Below, piece by piece: positions 32,330 to 41,638 of a stretch of 64,000 nucleotides of DNA. Position 1 is the first letter of the stretch; every line of letters starts with the position of its first letter. The position numbers were made by a program, and so were the translations under genes. The notes under the pieces are model-generated. The model made no database searches and had not been told where the DNA came from. It saw only the letters and a program-made list of their open reading frames with translations. The stretch comes from an uncultured Gammaproteobacteria bacterium (GTDB lineage Bacteria > Patescibacteriota > Microgenomatia > Levybacterales > GWA1-39-11), in NCBI GenBank assembly GCA_964409875.1, contig CAYPEN010000005.1, forward strand, positions 11,569-75,568. The letters are read 5' to 3'.

Positions 32330-32995
32330 TTGAGAAACGCTAAAGCAAAGACAACCACGAGAGCATTGGCACCGGCAGCAGATCGTCTTATTGATACGGC
32401 GGAACAGCTCTTTGGCCAGCATGGTATTGAAGGTGTATCTCTGCGGCAGATAAGTACGGCTGCCGGATCGGCAAATAATTATGCCGTTCAGTATCATTTT
32501 GGTGATCTGCTTGGCCTGATCAGAGCCATCACCCGGAAGCGCATGCCCGAGATAGAAGCGTTGCGCGCGCAACTTTTACTCAAAGCCAAGGAGGACGGAA
32601 AGCTTGATGATCTCCGAGCATTATTGGAGATAATTCATCGGCCGATGCTCGAATACACCAATGACCAAGGCGAAAGAGCTTATGCAAAATTCATTTTGGC
32701 GGCGCTGAATTCTCCGATAGCGCGGAATATCGCATCTACCAATGTGCTTGAGACGATGCCCATCGTTGCTCATGTGCTCGATCTGATCTCGGCCTTGCAT
32801 AAAACCATTCCCCCAACGTTACTCACGGAGCGTCAGGGGCTTATCACGTTAATGATGCTGAACAGCATCTTCAATCGCCGCACCTCGTGGACAGATCCTT
32901 CCGCAGATGCCGCACTAATTGATAATGCTTTGGATATGGCGACAGCAGCACTCATGGCGCCTGTATCACCCTCGACACGCAGCTTTTTGCAGTGA
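32330..32995 (+). CDS. TetR-family regulator
   Basis: AEQLFGQHGIEGVSLRQI..AAG..N..AVQYHFG. Confidence 0.88.
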   Translation: MRNAKAKTTTRALAPAADRLIDTAEQLFGQHGIEGVSLRQISTAAGSANNYAVQYHFGDLLGLIRAITRKRMPEIEALRAQLLLKAKEDGKLDDLRALLEIIHRPMLEYTNDQGERAYAKFILAALNSPIARNIASTNVLETMPIVAHVLDLISALHKTIPPTLLTERQGLITLMMLNSIFNRRTSWTDPSADAALIDNALDMATAALMAPVSPSTRSFLQ

Positions 32996-33188
32996 GCCTG
33001 CAACGTAAATAATAAGCTGCACCACTGCAGACCGATCATTGACTAGGTGTTTTTACATTTTAAAATTAAATATTGGGTGCAATGTAGAATATCAATTGAG
33101 TGAATATCGGCTTCTGGCTTGTACGATCCATTTAATTAGCAAATTCGCAAAGCAGCCACTGGCAAGTTCAATTTCGAATCACATCAAT

Positions 33189-33212
33189 GGCCGCTTCGGC
33201 CGAATATCTGCC
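33189..33212 (-). repeat. dif-like site B (inverted relative to A)
   Basis: GGCCGCTTC-GGCCGA-ATATCTGCC. Confidence 0.55.
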
Positions 33213-33213
33213 C

Positions 33214-33564
33214 CTATTTAGTCGGCATCACCCAGTAGACCAGAAACTCGAACAACAGCGGAACCAGGAACAACAGAAAGCCGATACCCGCCAACAACCA
33301 CAGCGGCCCGGTCCAAACGCCCTTGAAAATCAGCAGTAGCAGAAATGCCGCCCAAACCAATAGGCTCAGCAGGTGGCAAACAAAACCCAGCGGCCCTTGC
33401 AGCCACATTAGAACGATCGAAAGGATGAAACGCAGGCCGTACTTCACCCGATGCGCCAGAACCCCGGCGCACTCCGCGCCGGCATCATCGTCATTCGCCG
33501 CCTCAATACCCTGGGGCGGATCGCCTCCCGGAAATAGGATCACTTTGCCGTCCTTCTCGCGCAT
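33214..33564 (-). CDS. Small membrane protein, KleE-like
   Basis: KVILFPG N-terminus and hydrophobic C-half; last gene of the ssb operon. Confidence 0.5.
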   Translation of the reverse strand: MREKDGKVILFPGGDPPQGIEAANDDDAGAECAGVLAHRVKYGLRFILSIVLMWLQGPLGFVCHLLSLLVWAAFLLLLIFKGVWTGPLWLLAGIGFLLFLVPLLFEFLVYWVMPTK

Positions 33565-33569
33565 GGCCG

Positions 33570-33818
33570 CTATCCTGTCGTTGGATCCAGAAAATCACTC
33601 GCCAATTGTGCCAGCTGCAAATGGTTCTGGTGGATCACCTGCAATTGTCGTTGCAAGGTTTCACAATCGCCCACCAAGAATGCGCTCAATTCTGGAAGTC
33701 GCTCGATCACGCGCAGCAAACAAATGACGTGCTCGCGCTCCTGTATCTGCAACCGTCGCCGTGCGCCGATGTTCGGCGGCTGGCTGATATAATTCCGCGT
33801 AGCCATTCGACACCTCAT
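33570..33818 (-). CDS. Hypothetical protein
   Basis: Packed between ssb and the kleE-like gene; GAGG RBS before an internal ATG. Confidence 0.45.
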   Translation of the reverse strand: MRCRMATRNYISQPPNIGARRRLQIQEREHVICLLRVIERLPELSAFLVGDCETLQRQLQVIHQNHLQLAQLASDFLDPTTG

Positions 33819-33884
33819 CGCGTCGTTTGGTCAGATAGCGGTTGAGGGTTGCCGCCCTCAGCCGCTATCGCCTTTAACTGGATT

Positions 33885-34277
33885 TCAGGCTTCAGCCTTT
33901 CCCAGCTCTGCGCGCTTGATTGCACCTGGCGCACCGAAGCGGAAGCTATCAACGATAAATTCGTAACCGAAGCGTTCGACCTTGTCCTTGTCGATAAAAT
34001 TGTTGTTGCGCATGGCGTAGAAGACAATCAATTGATCGCCCTGCGCAACGTGGTCGCGGATGGTTTCTGCTTTTGCTCCAAACGCGGTGAAGCGAATCGA
34101 TAGGGTGCGCGACTTAGCGCCGCTATCGTCCTGACCGGCATAGACGTTATCGATCAGTACGAAATTGGTAACTTTCGTATCACCGTGCTTTGCATATTCC
34201 GGGGCGAAGGCAACGCGGCCTACAAAGGTCGAAACGATTGCCGGATTGTTGGGATAGTTGCGTTCTTCATTGCTCAT
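33885..34277 (-). CDS. ssb: Single-stranded DNA-binding protein (no acidic tail)
   Basis: OB-fold pattern FVGRV...P, FTAFGAKAETI..HVAQGDQL. Confidence 0.8.
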   Translation of the reverse strand: MSNEERNYPNNPAIVSTFVGRVAFAPEYAKHGDTKVTNFVLIDNVYAGQDDSGAKSRTLSIRFTAFGAKAETIRDHVAQGDQLIVFYAMRNNNFIDKDKVERFGYEFIVDSFRFGAPGAIKRAELGKAEA

Positions 34278-34317
34278 GGTCTTTCTCCTAAAAGATTAAA
34301 ACTGTCCATCAAAGCCG

Positions 34318-34881
34318 CTAGGCATACCAGGAACACGAAACGGGGCGGCCATCCCATAAGTGTGCGTATTTTCTACCATCGATTTGCAGCGCGTTCTCTG
34401 ACGCAGCTCTCGCGCTGAATACTTCGCCGCAAAATTGGCCGGGCAACGGCGCCGACGTTCCTGCCATCGCGTGTTTTGAGTGCTCGACAATCTCTGCTTT
34501 CAGCTCTCGAAGTAACACGGTCTTTTCGCCTTTCAGCCCGACCACTTCGTAAAAGTCCACGTTGGTTTGTTCGTAGCCCCAGGTCGTATAAACAATCTGT
34601 CCGACTTGCAGCGAGCATTGAAAATGTTTCTTCGCCTCACGCACGGCGGCCTTCACTTCTTCGTCCCGTTGCAGACCGGCAAACCACTTGTTGATCGCGT
34701 TGCCTCTGGATTCTTCGCTACCGTAGCGATGATGAAACGCGGCCTTCACTGCCTTGCCTTTGTAACCCACAGCGCAACACGTACCGCGTGCGTCCTTGTA
34801 CAAATACGCGATGGCGCGCAGACTTTCGCGCTCGATGACTTCGGCGTTCTGGGGAACCCAACGGCTTGCGATCTTCTTCAT
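34318..34881 (-). CDS. Hypothetical plasmid protein
   Basis: AGGA RBS; VGQIVYTTWGYEQTNVDFYEVV motif as seen in plasmid/phage proteins. Confidence 0.7.
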   Translation of the reverse strand: MKKIASRWVPQNAEVIERESLRAIAYLYKDARGTCCAVGYKGKAVKAAFHHRYGSEESRGNAINKWFAGLQRDEEVKAAVREAKKHFQCSLQVGQIVYTTWGYEQTNVDFYEVVGLKGEKTVLLRELKAEIVEHSKHAMAGTSAPLPGQFCGEVFSARAASENALQIDGRKYAHLWDGRPVSCSWYA

Positions 34882-34914
34882 GGCGGAACGTCCTGATCCG
34901 TTACTGTAGGTGTC

Positions 34915-34956
34915 ATTATAATTTATATATAGATATAGTACACGTATAAATATATA
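34915..34956 (-). promoter_or_regulatory. Conserved promoter/operator, copy 1
   Basis: Minus strand TATATTTATACGTGTACTATA...TATAAT. Confidence 0.6.
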
Positions 34957-35393
34957 CTGTTTCGGAGTGATGTTGCGGCCCCTTAGATCGCCGTGATTGC
35001 GATGTTGGCCTTTCGCGCGCTGATCTTTGGTGGGGTTGAAGCGGGGCAAAAAATGGAGCGGCGCTTGCGCCTGCATTGCTGTCAGCAGAGTCTTTTAGCG
35101 TCTGTTCTTCGGAGCCGGTTGTTAGCGGGTAGGCGGTGGGTAGTTCGGTGGTCGTCGGCTGCAAGCGCACCGTGGAATACCGCAGGCCCAGCGGGTTGAG
35201 GATATGCCGCGAAAGGCGCTTGAGCGCAGCGTCCGCCATCGGATGACCGCCGTGCTAAACCAAAGGCCCCGCCAATCCCGGCTTTGAATGCCGTCGATAC
35301 GACCGTCACAAAATGGCTTATTTATAGGGCTTTTCGAGCGGTGCGTTGGTGGTTGCTGTATACTGAACAAGCAGATTACAGAGGGCCAAACCA

Positions 35394-35723
35394 ATGGCAT
35401 TCGTAAGCGATGTACAGGAAAGGGAAGTTATCGACAGGGACATTCTGCCACTTCAAATTGTCGATATCGAAGTGGCGCTGGATCTTTGCAACGATGTGAT
35501 GGCTATCATCAACAAGCAAATGGATCACCTCGAACAATCTGGCAATTCCGATCAGTCGGCGATGGCCGCGCTGCACGCGCTGCAACATCAATTTGCGCAT
35601 GACATGCGCAGTGATTTGACCCGTGACAACATGCCTCATGTGCGCGAGTTCATCGTGACCTATGCGCCGCAGGTGAAGCGTTATTACGAATCGGGCGAAG
35701 TGCCTCCCTTCATTCAGGGCTGA
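35394..35723 (+). CDS. Putative antitoxin/immunity protein for the downstream zeta toxin
   Basis: Small acidic helical protein 11 bp upstream of the zeta gene. Confidence 0.6.
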   Translation: MAFVSDVQEREVIDRDILPLQIVDIEVALDLCNDVMAIINKQMDHLEQSGNSDQSAMAALHALQHQFAHDMRSDLTRDNMPHVREFIVTYAPQVKRYYESGEVPPFIQG

Positions 35724-35734
35724 CATGAGATTAC

Positions 35735-36913
35735 ATGGATAGTAATTCAAAGCACCATCTAACACCTGCAGATCACGAACACCGCTATCTCACTCGAATA
35801 AAGCCCCGCTATTTGGATGCGGTGATTCCGGCCGCGTCTCCGCGCGCAATTATTCTTGGTGGGCAAAGTGGTGCCGGCAAAAGCATCATCGCTGAAGCGG
35901 CCATGATGGAGCTGGGCGGGGCCACCTCAGCAGTGCGCATCGATACCGATGCACTGCGCACCTTCCATCCTAATTACGAAGACCTCGCCAAATCCGGCAA
36001 AAAGGCCAGCAACGAAACGCAGTACGACGCGCAGCGGTGGCGCGATCGGCTCGAAACCGACGCGATCAACAGCCGCCGCAACCTTGTTATCGATACAACG
36101 CTCGGGTGGCCGGATTCCGCGGTTGAAACAGCGCAACGATTGCAAAAGGCCGGGTATCAGGTTGAGGCGCGCGTCATCTCGGCGCACAGCGCGGAATCGC
36201 AACTGGGTACCGCTGCCCGGTATTTCGAGCAGGTCCTGCACAAAGGCGCCGGCCGCTGGGTTGATCGCGAGTATCACGATTCAGTTTACAACCGCGTTCC
36301 TCAATCGCTCGAAGCATTCGAGCAGAAAAAGTTGGTCGCGGCGATTCATGTAATCAATCGCGAAGGCGACGCCGTACATTCGCAAACGCTTGATTTGTCG
36401 AAAGCCTGGTCAACCGAAAAAATGGCATCACAAGCGCTGCGCGAGAATCGCGAGTCCAGGGTTAAGGATCCGGCCGTCGTGTCCAGGCACTTCAAAGGCT
36501 GGGATGCGCTCGAAAAAACCCTCGACGTTCTACAGGTATCAGGAAAAGACCGCGAGGATCTAGCCGCGTTGCGGCGCGAGCATGAATTGGAACTGCTGGG
36601 CAAAGTACAAAAGCGAGGCGAAAAGGCCGAGGCGTTTTTGAATGAAAAACCAGTCGATGCGCTGCGCCGATTTCCCGATGATGAGAACGTTAAGAATGCG
36701 TTTGTGGTACTCAATGAGGCCGTCAAATTTGCCAAAACGATGGAAAATAAAGCGCTTCAACAGCTCGTTGTTCAAGACGTAAGGCGTCGCCTTGCCGACA
36801 GCCTGGACACAGGAAAGGAAATTCCAAAGGTTGCGACGCGAGACTACGACCAGCTATCCAGAAACCTGGAGCAGCGGGGGCCAACCAAAAAAGACGATGG
36901 CCCGGAGCGATAG
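35735..36913 (+). CDS. Zeta toxin (PezT-like) kinase with C-terminal extension
   Basis: P.AIILGGQSGAGKS, IDTDALRTFHPNY, NLVIDTTL, S.LG..ARY...GRWV...HD. Confidence 0.88.
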   Translation: MDSNSKHHLTPADHEHRYLTRIKPRYLDAVIPAASPRAIILGGQSGAGKSIIAEAAMMELGGATSAVRIDTDALRTFHPNYEDLAKSGKKASNETQYDAQRWRDRLETDAINSRRNLVIDTTLGWPDSAVETAQRLQKAGYQVEARVISAHSAESQLGTAARYFEQVLHKGAGRWVDREYHDSVYNRVPQSLEAFEQKKLVAAIHVINREGDAVHSQTLDLSKAWSTEKMASQALRENRESRVKDPAVVSRHFKGWDALEKTLDVLQVSGKDREDLAALRREHELELLGKVQKRGEKAEAFLNEKPVDALRRFPDDENVKNAFVVLNEAVKFAKTMENKALQQLVVQDVRRRLADSLDTGKEIPKVATRDYDQLSRNLEQRGPTKKDDGPER

Positions 36914-36963
36914 CAGCCGGCTTCAGCCCTCGCCGTTAACGCTCACTCAACACACGCACACGA

Positions 36964-37158
36964 TCACGCTTTTTTGTTGCACTGTTCCGCCTTTGCGTTT
37001 AAAACCTGAAATGTCACACCACCGTCCCATTCCAAAATGACCGGAGCAAAGCAATACTCGCACTTGGAAGCATCGCCATCATGGCTGTCATCGGGCAAAC
37101 GCAATTCGCCATGCCTCTTACATTCAGAGCAGCGATACACATACAACACGCTATCCAT
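36964..37158 (-). CDS. Small zinc-ribbon protein
   Basis: CSEC...CEYC. Confidence 0.6.
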   Translation of the reverse strand: MDSVLYVYRCSECKRHGELRLPDDSHDGDASKCEYCFAPVILEWDGGVTFQVLNAKAEQCNKKA

Positions 37159-37163
37159 TTTCC

Positions 37164-37388
37164 CTAACCTCGCGGGTGTGCTTTAGCCATCGCATGGCTA
37201 ACCAGACTACGGGCGCCGCAATACACATCGGCGTCTTTGTTGGTTTCAGTGCAATAGCCTTTTAAATGAGGGCCATCCCCCATAAGCGCAAGAACAGCTA
37301 TTGCATCAATTACATCAGACTCCAGTACAAAACCACGATGCTCTTCAAGAAATTTTGTTACCAATGCTGTAAGTGGTCTGTCCGACAT
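37164..37388 (-). CDS. Hypothetical protein
   Basis: GAGG RBS, operon packing. Confidence 0.5.
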   Translation of the reverse strand: MSDRPLTALVTKFLEEHRGFVLESDVIDAIAVLALMGDGPHLKGYCTETNKDADVYCGARSLVSHAMAKAHPRG

Positions 37389-37407
37389 ATCCCTCACCTC
37401 AAGCGCT

Positions 37408-37683
37408 TTAGCGGCGCGCCCCAATCAATGTCAATGGAATGTCGTGGCCAGACAATTTTAATAACTCCCTGCCATCGTCGCGCACCTGCTTCGGTGTCAT
37501 TCGATTCGCGGCTGCGACGGAAATACCGTAGCAAACCCGATTGACACCAAGGGCCGTTGCGGCGGCCTTTAAGGCAGGCGCGCGCAGCTCATGCGGCAAG
37601 TGATTAATCAGAGTTGCTTTAGCCTCAAACTCACCATGTGCTCCGAACGCAAGATACTTCGGAATCTCCATTGGTAGCTCCAT
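37408..37683 (-). CDS. Hypothetical protein
   Basis: GGAG RBS, operon packing. Confidence 0.55.
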   Translation of the reverse strand: MELPMEIPKYLAFGAHGEFEAKATLINHLPHELRAPALKAAATALGVNRVCYGISVAAANRMTPKQVRDDGRELLKLSGHDIPLTLIGARR

Positions 37684-37696
37684 TTTTTTTACTCCC

Positions 37697-37990
37697 TTAT
37701 GGCCAAAACGGATCGGTCATCCAGTCGGTGATAATCCTGATCTCGTCCCTGTCGAGCACTGCCGCCGCGTCAGTGAAGTCGAAATCGAATTTATCCTGGC
37801 CAAGCCAAACACCTAGATAAAATCGCGCCATGATCGCCTCGCCGTGCGAGGCGACCCCCAAAAAGTTTTCCACTCGTTCCGGCAAATATTCAGCACGGCT
37901 CATGTCCCAAAGGCTCGCCAGATAAGGGGCGCGCTTCAACATCTGGGCAAAACGGGTTTGGCTGTCATTCAACTTAATATTCGCCTGCAC
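37697..37990 (-). CDS. Hypothetical plasmid protein
   Basis: GGAGG plus GTG start; SHGEAIMARF..VW...FDF.DA...LD...W..DPFWP pattern. Confidence 0.65.
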   Translation of the reverse strand: MQANIKLNDSQTRFAQMLKRAPYLASLWDMSRAEYLPERVENFLGVASHGEAIMARFYLGVWLGQDKFDFDFTDAAAVLDRDEIRIITDWMTDPFWP

Positions 37991-38111
37991 TTTACTTGAC
38001 CTCCCATTTGTTGATGAGCATGGTGGACTCGTAAGCTGGAAGTGGGCACTGTTGCCGCCACTCCAAGCGCCTACACGCCGTGCCCGCTCTCGATACCAAT
38101 GCCCAATGGTA

Positions 38112-38894
38112 TTAGCCTTGTTCGCGGGCCGCCAGCGCCTTGATAACTTCGCGGCCGTGCCAGCGGCCGGCATGGTTGAGCTGCCGCACCCAGGCACCAC
38201 GGCTCGGACTCCACTTGAACGCCTCGCGCTTTAGAATCGTGTGAATTGCGTCATCAGGCTTGCCGGGGAAGACGAACATAACCCGGTTTTCCTCGGTATT
38301 TTCTCGATAGATGAAGCCGTCGTATTGCTCCTCGATATCCTGTTCGCAGGCCTTCGCTTCCAAATCCTTGATGCGCTGACGCACGCGGCGAATTTCCGCA
38401 TTATTGTTTTGCAGGCTGTAGGTGGCAAAGCCGGTACGGCCGCAATAGTCCGGCGTTTTCAGGTCGGTTATCTGTTGCTCGGTAAAGCCGAGCGCCGCCA
38501 GGGCGTCGTCGTCCTTTCTGCGCAATGCAGCATTCGCCGCTTTGATCGTCGCTTGCGAACGCTCCAGGTTGTCGAGTTTGCCGCGGAGCTTACTGATCGC
38601 GTCGGGATCGTCCGACGAAATCCCGGCCGTGCCGACACCGGCCGCGCGCTGTTCGAGTGTGTCGGCCTGTTTGTCCAGTTCAAAGGCTTTGCCGAAAGTG
38701 TTGTGTATTTTGTCGCGAAATCGGCGATCTCGGCCCTCGGAATGGTGTCCAACCAAAATGGGCTGTCCAAAGGGAATCGCGGAGGCCATGCCACGCGCGC
38801 GTTTATGGGCTGACTGGCCGGCGTTGCGTGCCTTGTCGGCGCGATCAAGTAGCCGTTGGCGGCGGGCTTCCTGGCGTTCTTCGTAGCGGTTCAT
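38112..38894 (-). CDS. DUF3560 domain protein
   Basis: IPFGQPILVGHHSE, ISSDDPDA, FKWSPSRGAWVRQL. Confidence 0.85.
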   Translation of the reverse strand: MNRYEERQEARRQRLLDRADKARNAGQSAHKRARGMASAIPFGQPILVGHHSEGRDRRFRDKIHNTFGKAFELDKQADTLEQRAAGVGTAGISSDDPDAISKLRGKLDNLERSQATIKAANAALRRKDDDALAALGFTEQQITDLKTPDYCGRTGFATYSLQNNNAEIRRVRQRIKDLEAKACEQDIEEQYDGFIYRENTEENRVMFVFPGKPDDAIHTILKREAFKWSPSRGAWVRQLNHAGRWHGREVIKALAAREQG

Positions 38895-38923
38895 GGGTGT
38901 AGCTCCTTGCTGTTGTTGGCGGT

Positions 38924-39253
38924 TCAAACTTGAATTGAATTCGTCCAGTCGCTGTGCTGGTTCATCACGGCGACAAAGCCATCCAGGTCGCCCTCGGCGA
39001 AGCCGTAATCGCAAACCACGTCCTCGGCGTTGCCAGGGACCAAATAGACGCTGTGCGCGGCACTGCCACTGCTGAAAGTGATCCAGGATTCATCGACGCT
39101 AAACACGATTTCCAGCGCCTCGGCTTCGGTGCTGTTGCGGAAAACCTCGCCGCCATCGTCAATTTTCGCGATGGCCCAGCCAGCGGCTTTCATCATCCGA
39201 ATCAGCTTCCGCACAATCCGTTGTTCCAATGCAATGCGTGCTTCGTTGTTCAT
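38924..39253 (-). CDS. Hypothetical protein
   Basis: Acidic 109 aa ORF in operon. Confidence 0.6.
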   Translation of the reverse strand: MNNEARIALEQRIVRKLIRMMKAAGWAIAKIDDGGEVFRNSTEAEALEIVFSVDESWITFSSGSAAHSVYLVPGNAEDVVCDYGFAEGDLDGFVAVMNQHSDWTNSIQV

Positions 39254-39299
39254 GCGGTCACCTTGCGGAATAGAGCGGGGGATGCGGCCCCGCCGGGGA

Positions 39300-39614
39300 T
39301 CAATTGAGCGGGTCGGTTTGGCTGATATGAAAAACCGTCGTGGTGCGGGACTTGGTTACCGGTAGCTGGATGTTGTCGCCCAGTTTCTTCGTACACTCGA
39401 TGACGGTGACAACTTTCACGCCGTGCTCGCCTTTGCGTACCGTGCGGCCGAGCGCTTTCCAGGCATTGAACGTAAAGACGTTTTCGCGCGGACGTATCTC
39501 GGCAGCGGGGATGCCTTTCTCCAGGAATCCGTCGAAAATGGCGGGGTAGTTAGTGAGCTTCTGGCCGGCCACGGCGCGGGAAAGGGCTTGTTGCTGAATG
39601 GCTTCGTTCTTCAT
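39300..39614 (-). CDS. ArdC N-terminal-like ssDNA-binding protein
   Basis: TFNAWKALGRTVRKGEHG...VFHISQT. Confidence 0.78.
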   Translation of the reverse strand: MKNEAIQQQALSRAVAGQKLTNYPAIFDGFLEKGIPAAEIRPRENVFTFNAWKALGRTVRKGEHGVKVVTVIECTKKLGDNIQLPVTKSRTTTVFHISQTDPLN

Positions 39615-39651
39615 CGCGGTATCCTTGTCGCTGCGTGAATTTGATGAAACC

Positions 39652-39693
39652 ATTTTATCAATATATATGCGTATAGTACATCTATAAATATAG
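39652..39693 (-). promoter_or_regulatory. Conserved promoter/operator, copy 2
   Basis: Minus strand TATATTTATAGATGTACTATA...TGaTAAAAT. Confidence 0.6.
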
Positions 39694-40230
39694 ATTAAAT
39701 GGGTTTTGAAATCCCCTTTTTTATGCCTTTTCAACTGGAATTTAGTTTGCGAAAGCTGTCACAACTCCAGCCGAAACACCGGAAAATACCGCATTGGATT
39801 TGACACAATTCCTATATCGGCTAATGAGCTTTTTCGAAAAGGTCGTGGCTGCCTTCAGTGTCAAGGGAAATGACGGGGGGCCCCTTCGGGGTTCCGTAGG
39901 CGCGACCGTGCCGCTATTTCCCTTGATACGTCAATGAGTTAAAAGCCTTCTGGCAAGGGGCATAGATCGCTTCGCGACTATGCCCCCGAGCCCCAGCGGG
40001 CAGTAAAGCGCTCCCTTCCTTGAGGAAGGGCGGGGGGATGGTAAAGGCCAGGCGATGGAAGCCCAGGCATAGCCGAGGGTCGGGACAGTGGCCCGACTGC
40101 GCAGCAGCAAGGTAGAGCGCGCAGCGCGTTCCGGTGCCGCGCAGCGGCAGGCCCCAAAGACGCACAAACTTGAGGTTCGCTAAAACGTTATTGCATGTAT
40201 TGACATAACAAAATATATAGTTTTGAATAC

Positions 40231-40282
40231 GCAGGACGCACAGGATTGGTACGCCAACGGGATTTTAAGGACAAAGCAGGAT
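40231..40282 (+). promoter_or_regulatory. GGA-rich virB1 leader, candidate CsrA-binding region
   Basis: GCAGGA, ACAGGA, ACGGGA, TAAGGA, GCAGGA within 52 nt before the ATG. Confidence 0.6.
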
Positions 40283-40891
40283 ATGGCAGCTCTGGATTTC
40301 CTCGCCCTCTTTGCGATGTGTGCCCCTCAGGTACACCCCACCACATTGCAAGCCCTGATCGACGCCGAAAGCTCGTATCGCATCTACGCGGTACATGTGA
40401 ATGGCGACGATGCCGCACAACCCCCGCAACCCACTAACAAATCCGAAGCAACCGCCTTACTGACCCAGCTCCTCGATGCCAACAAGAGTGTCGATGTCGG
40501 ACTCGGCCAAGTGAACTCTAAAAATTTTGCGGCGCTCGGCCTTACTCCTGAAAACGCCTTTGACCCATGTACGAATATCAATGCCGCTGCGCAGATCCTG
40601 ACCGACAACTATGTGTTGGCGCACAAGAAGCTGCCCAGCGATGAAGCCCTGAAAGCCGCGCTATCGGCCTACAACACCGGCAACCAAACCGCCGGAATTG
40701 CCAATGGCTACGTCCAGCGCGTTCAAAGCAAGGTCGGTTATACCGTGCCGGCCCTGCAGGCCAACGAACCATCCACAACCCTGCGTGACGAAAGCCCGGT
40801 TCGGCTGTCGAGGGCCAACGCCCCGACTGCTGAATGGAGCACCTTCGCCCGCACAGCGCCAAAAGCGTGGGATGTGTACAGCCGCAAGTGA
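40283..40891 (+). CDS. virB1: Lytic transglycosylase VirB1
   Basis: CAPQVHP.TL.ALIDAES, DVGLGQVNS, ALSAYNTG. Confidence 0.9.
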   Translation: MAALDFLALFAMCAPQVHPTTLQALIDAESSYRIYAVHVNGDDAAQPPQPTNKSEATALLTQLLDANKSVDVGLGQVNSKNFAALGLTPENAFDPCTNINAAAQILTDNYVLAHKKLPSDEALKAALSAYNTGNQTAGIANGYVQRVQSKVGYTVPALQANEPSTTLRDESPVRLSRANAPTAEWSTFARTAPKAWDVYSRK

Positions 40892-41004
40892 GAAAGCAGG
40901 GAGGGGAGCGGGCGCTCGGCACGCCCGCCGCGGTAGACATTGAGGGAACCGTCACGCAGTGCGAAACTCGCGGGTTTGAACCCGACCCGAGTGACGAAAC
41001 TCCG

Positions 41005-41286
41005 ATGGACACCATCACCGAACCCCAGCTCATTCTCACTGCGAAAACGGGCGGCGTGGAATATCTGCGCGCCGTCGAGACGACGGGAGGCTTTGCCTTC
41101 CGCGTCAAACTAAAGGGATTTAAGGAGGAAAAGCCGGTTTACACGATGCGCAACGCCCCAAAGCACTGGGTCAGCCTTGACCGCTTAGCGAAACACATAC
41201 GGACGAACTACGGCGATCACCCGCCAATCCTCATAGTGGATATTAGGAGCATCACCCATGACACCGACTTATCGAGTGGGCCATAA
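41005..41286 (+). CDS. Small regulator resembling IncN/IncW KorA
   Basis: Position between virB1 and virB2 as in pKM101/R388; R..P..W.SLD motif. Confidence 0.5.
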   Translation: MDTITEPQLILTAKTGGVEYLRAVETTGGFAFRVKLKGFKEEKPVYTMRNAPKHWVSLDRLAKHIRTNYGDHPPILIVDIRSITHDTDLSSGP

Positions 41287-41623
41287 AACCCAAAACAGAT
41301 TGTTTCACCTGCCTGCCAATGTCATCGCGCTCGGCAAAGCCATCCTCTCTCCCCGCATCGCAATCAACTTCGCCTACATCCTGCTCATGCTGCTCGGCCC
41401 GCAGTTCGCACACGCCGAACCGTGGGACGAAGGCGCTGACTCCATCGTTGAAGCCATCCGCAGCGTCATGCGACCGCTCGCCATCATTGCGATCATTGTT
41501 TTGGGCTGCCTGGCGTTCTTTGGCCAGCTCGCCATGAAAACGGCCGCAATGGCTGCGGTTGGTATTTTTATTACAGTCGGAGCGGATGCCATCTACGACT
41601 ATTTCAGCAGCGCCGTGGGCTGA
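41258..41623 (+). CDS. virB2: Pilin VirB2
   Basis: Long leader ending AHA, two hydrophobic helices. Confidence 0.8.
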   Translation: MTPTYRVGHKTQNRLFHLPANVIALGKAILSPRIAINFAYILLMLLGPQFAHAEPWDEGADSIVEAIRSVMRPLAIIAIIVLGCLAFFGQLAMKTAAMAAVGIFITVGADAIYDYFSSAVG

Positions 41624-41638
41624 CAGGGAAGCAACTCG

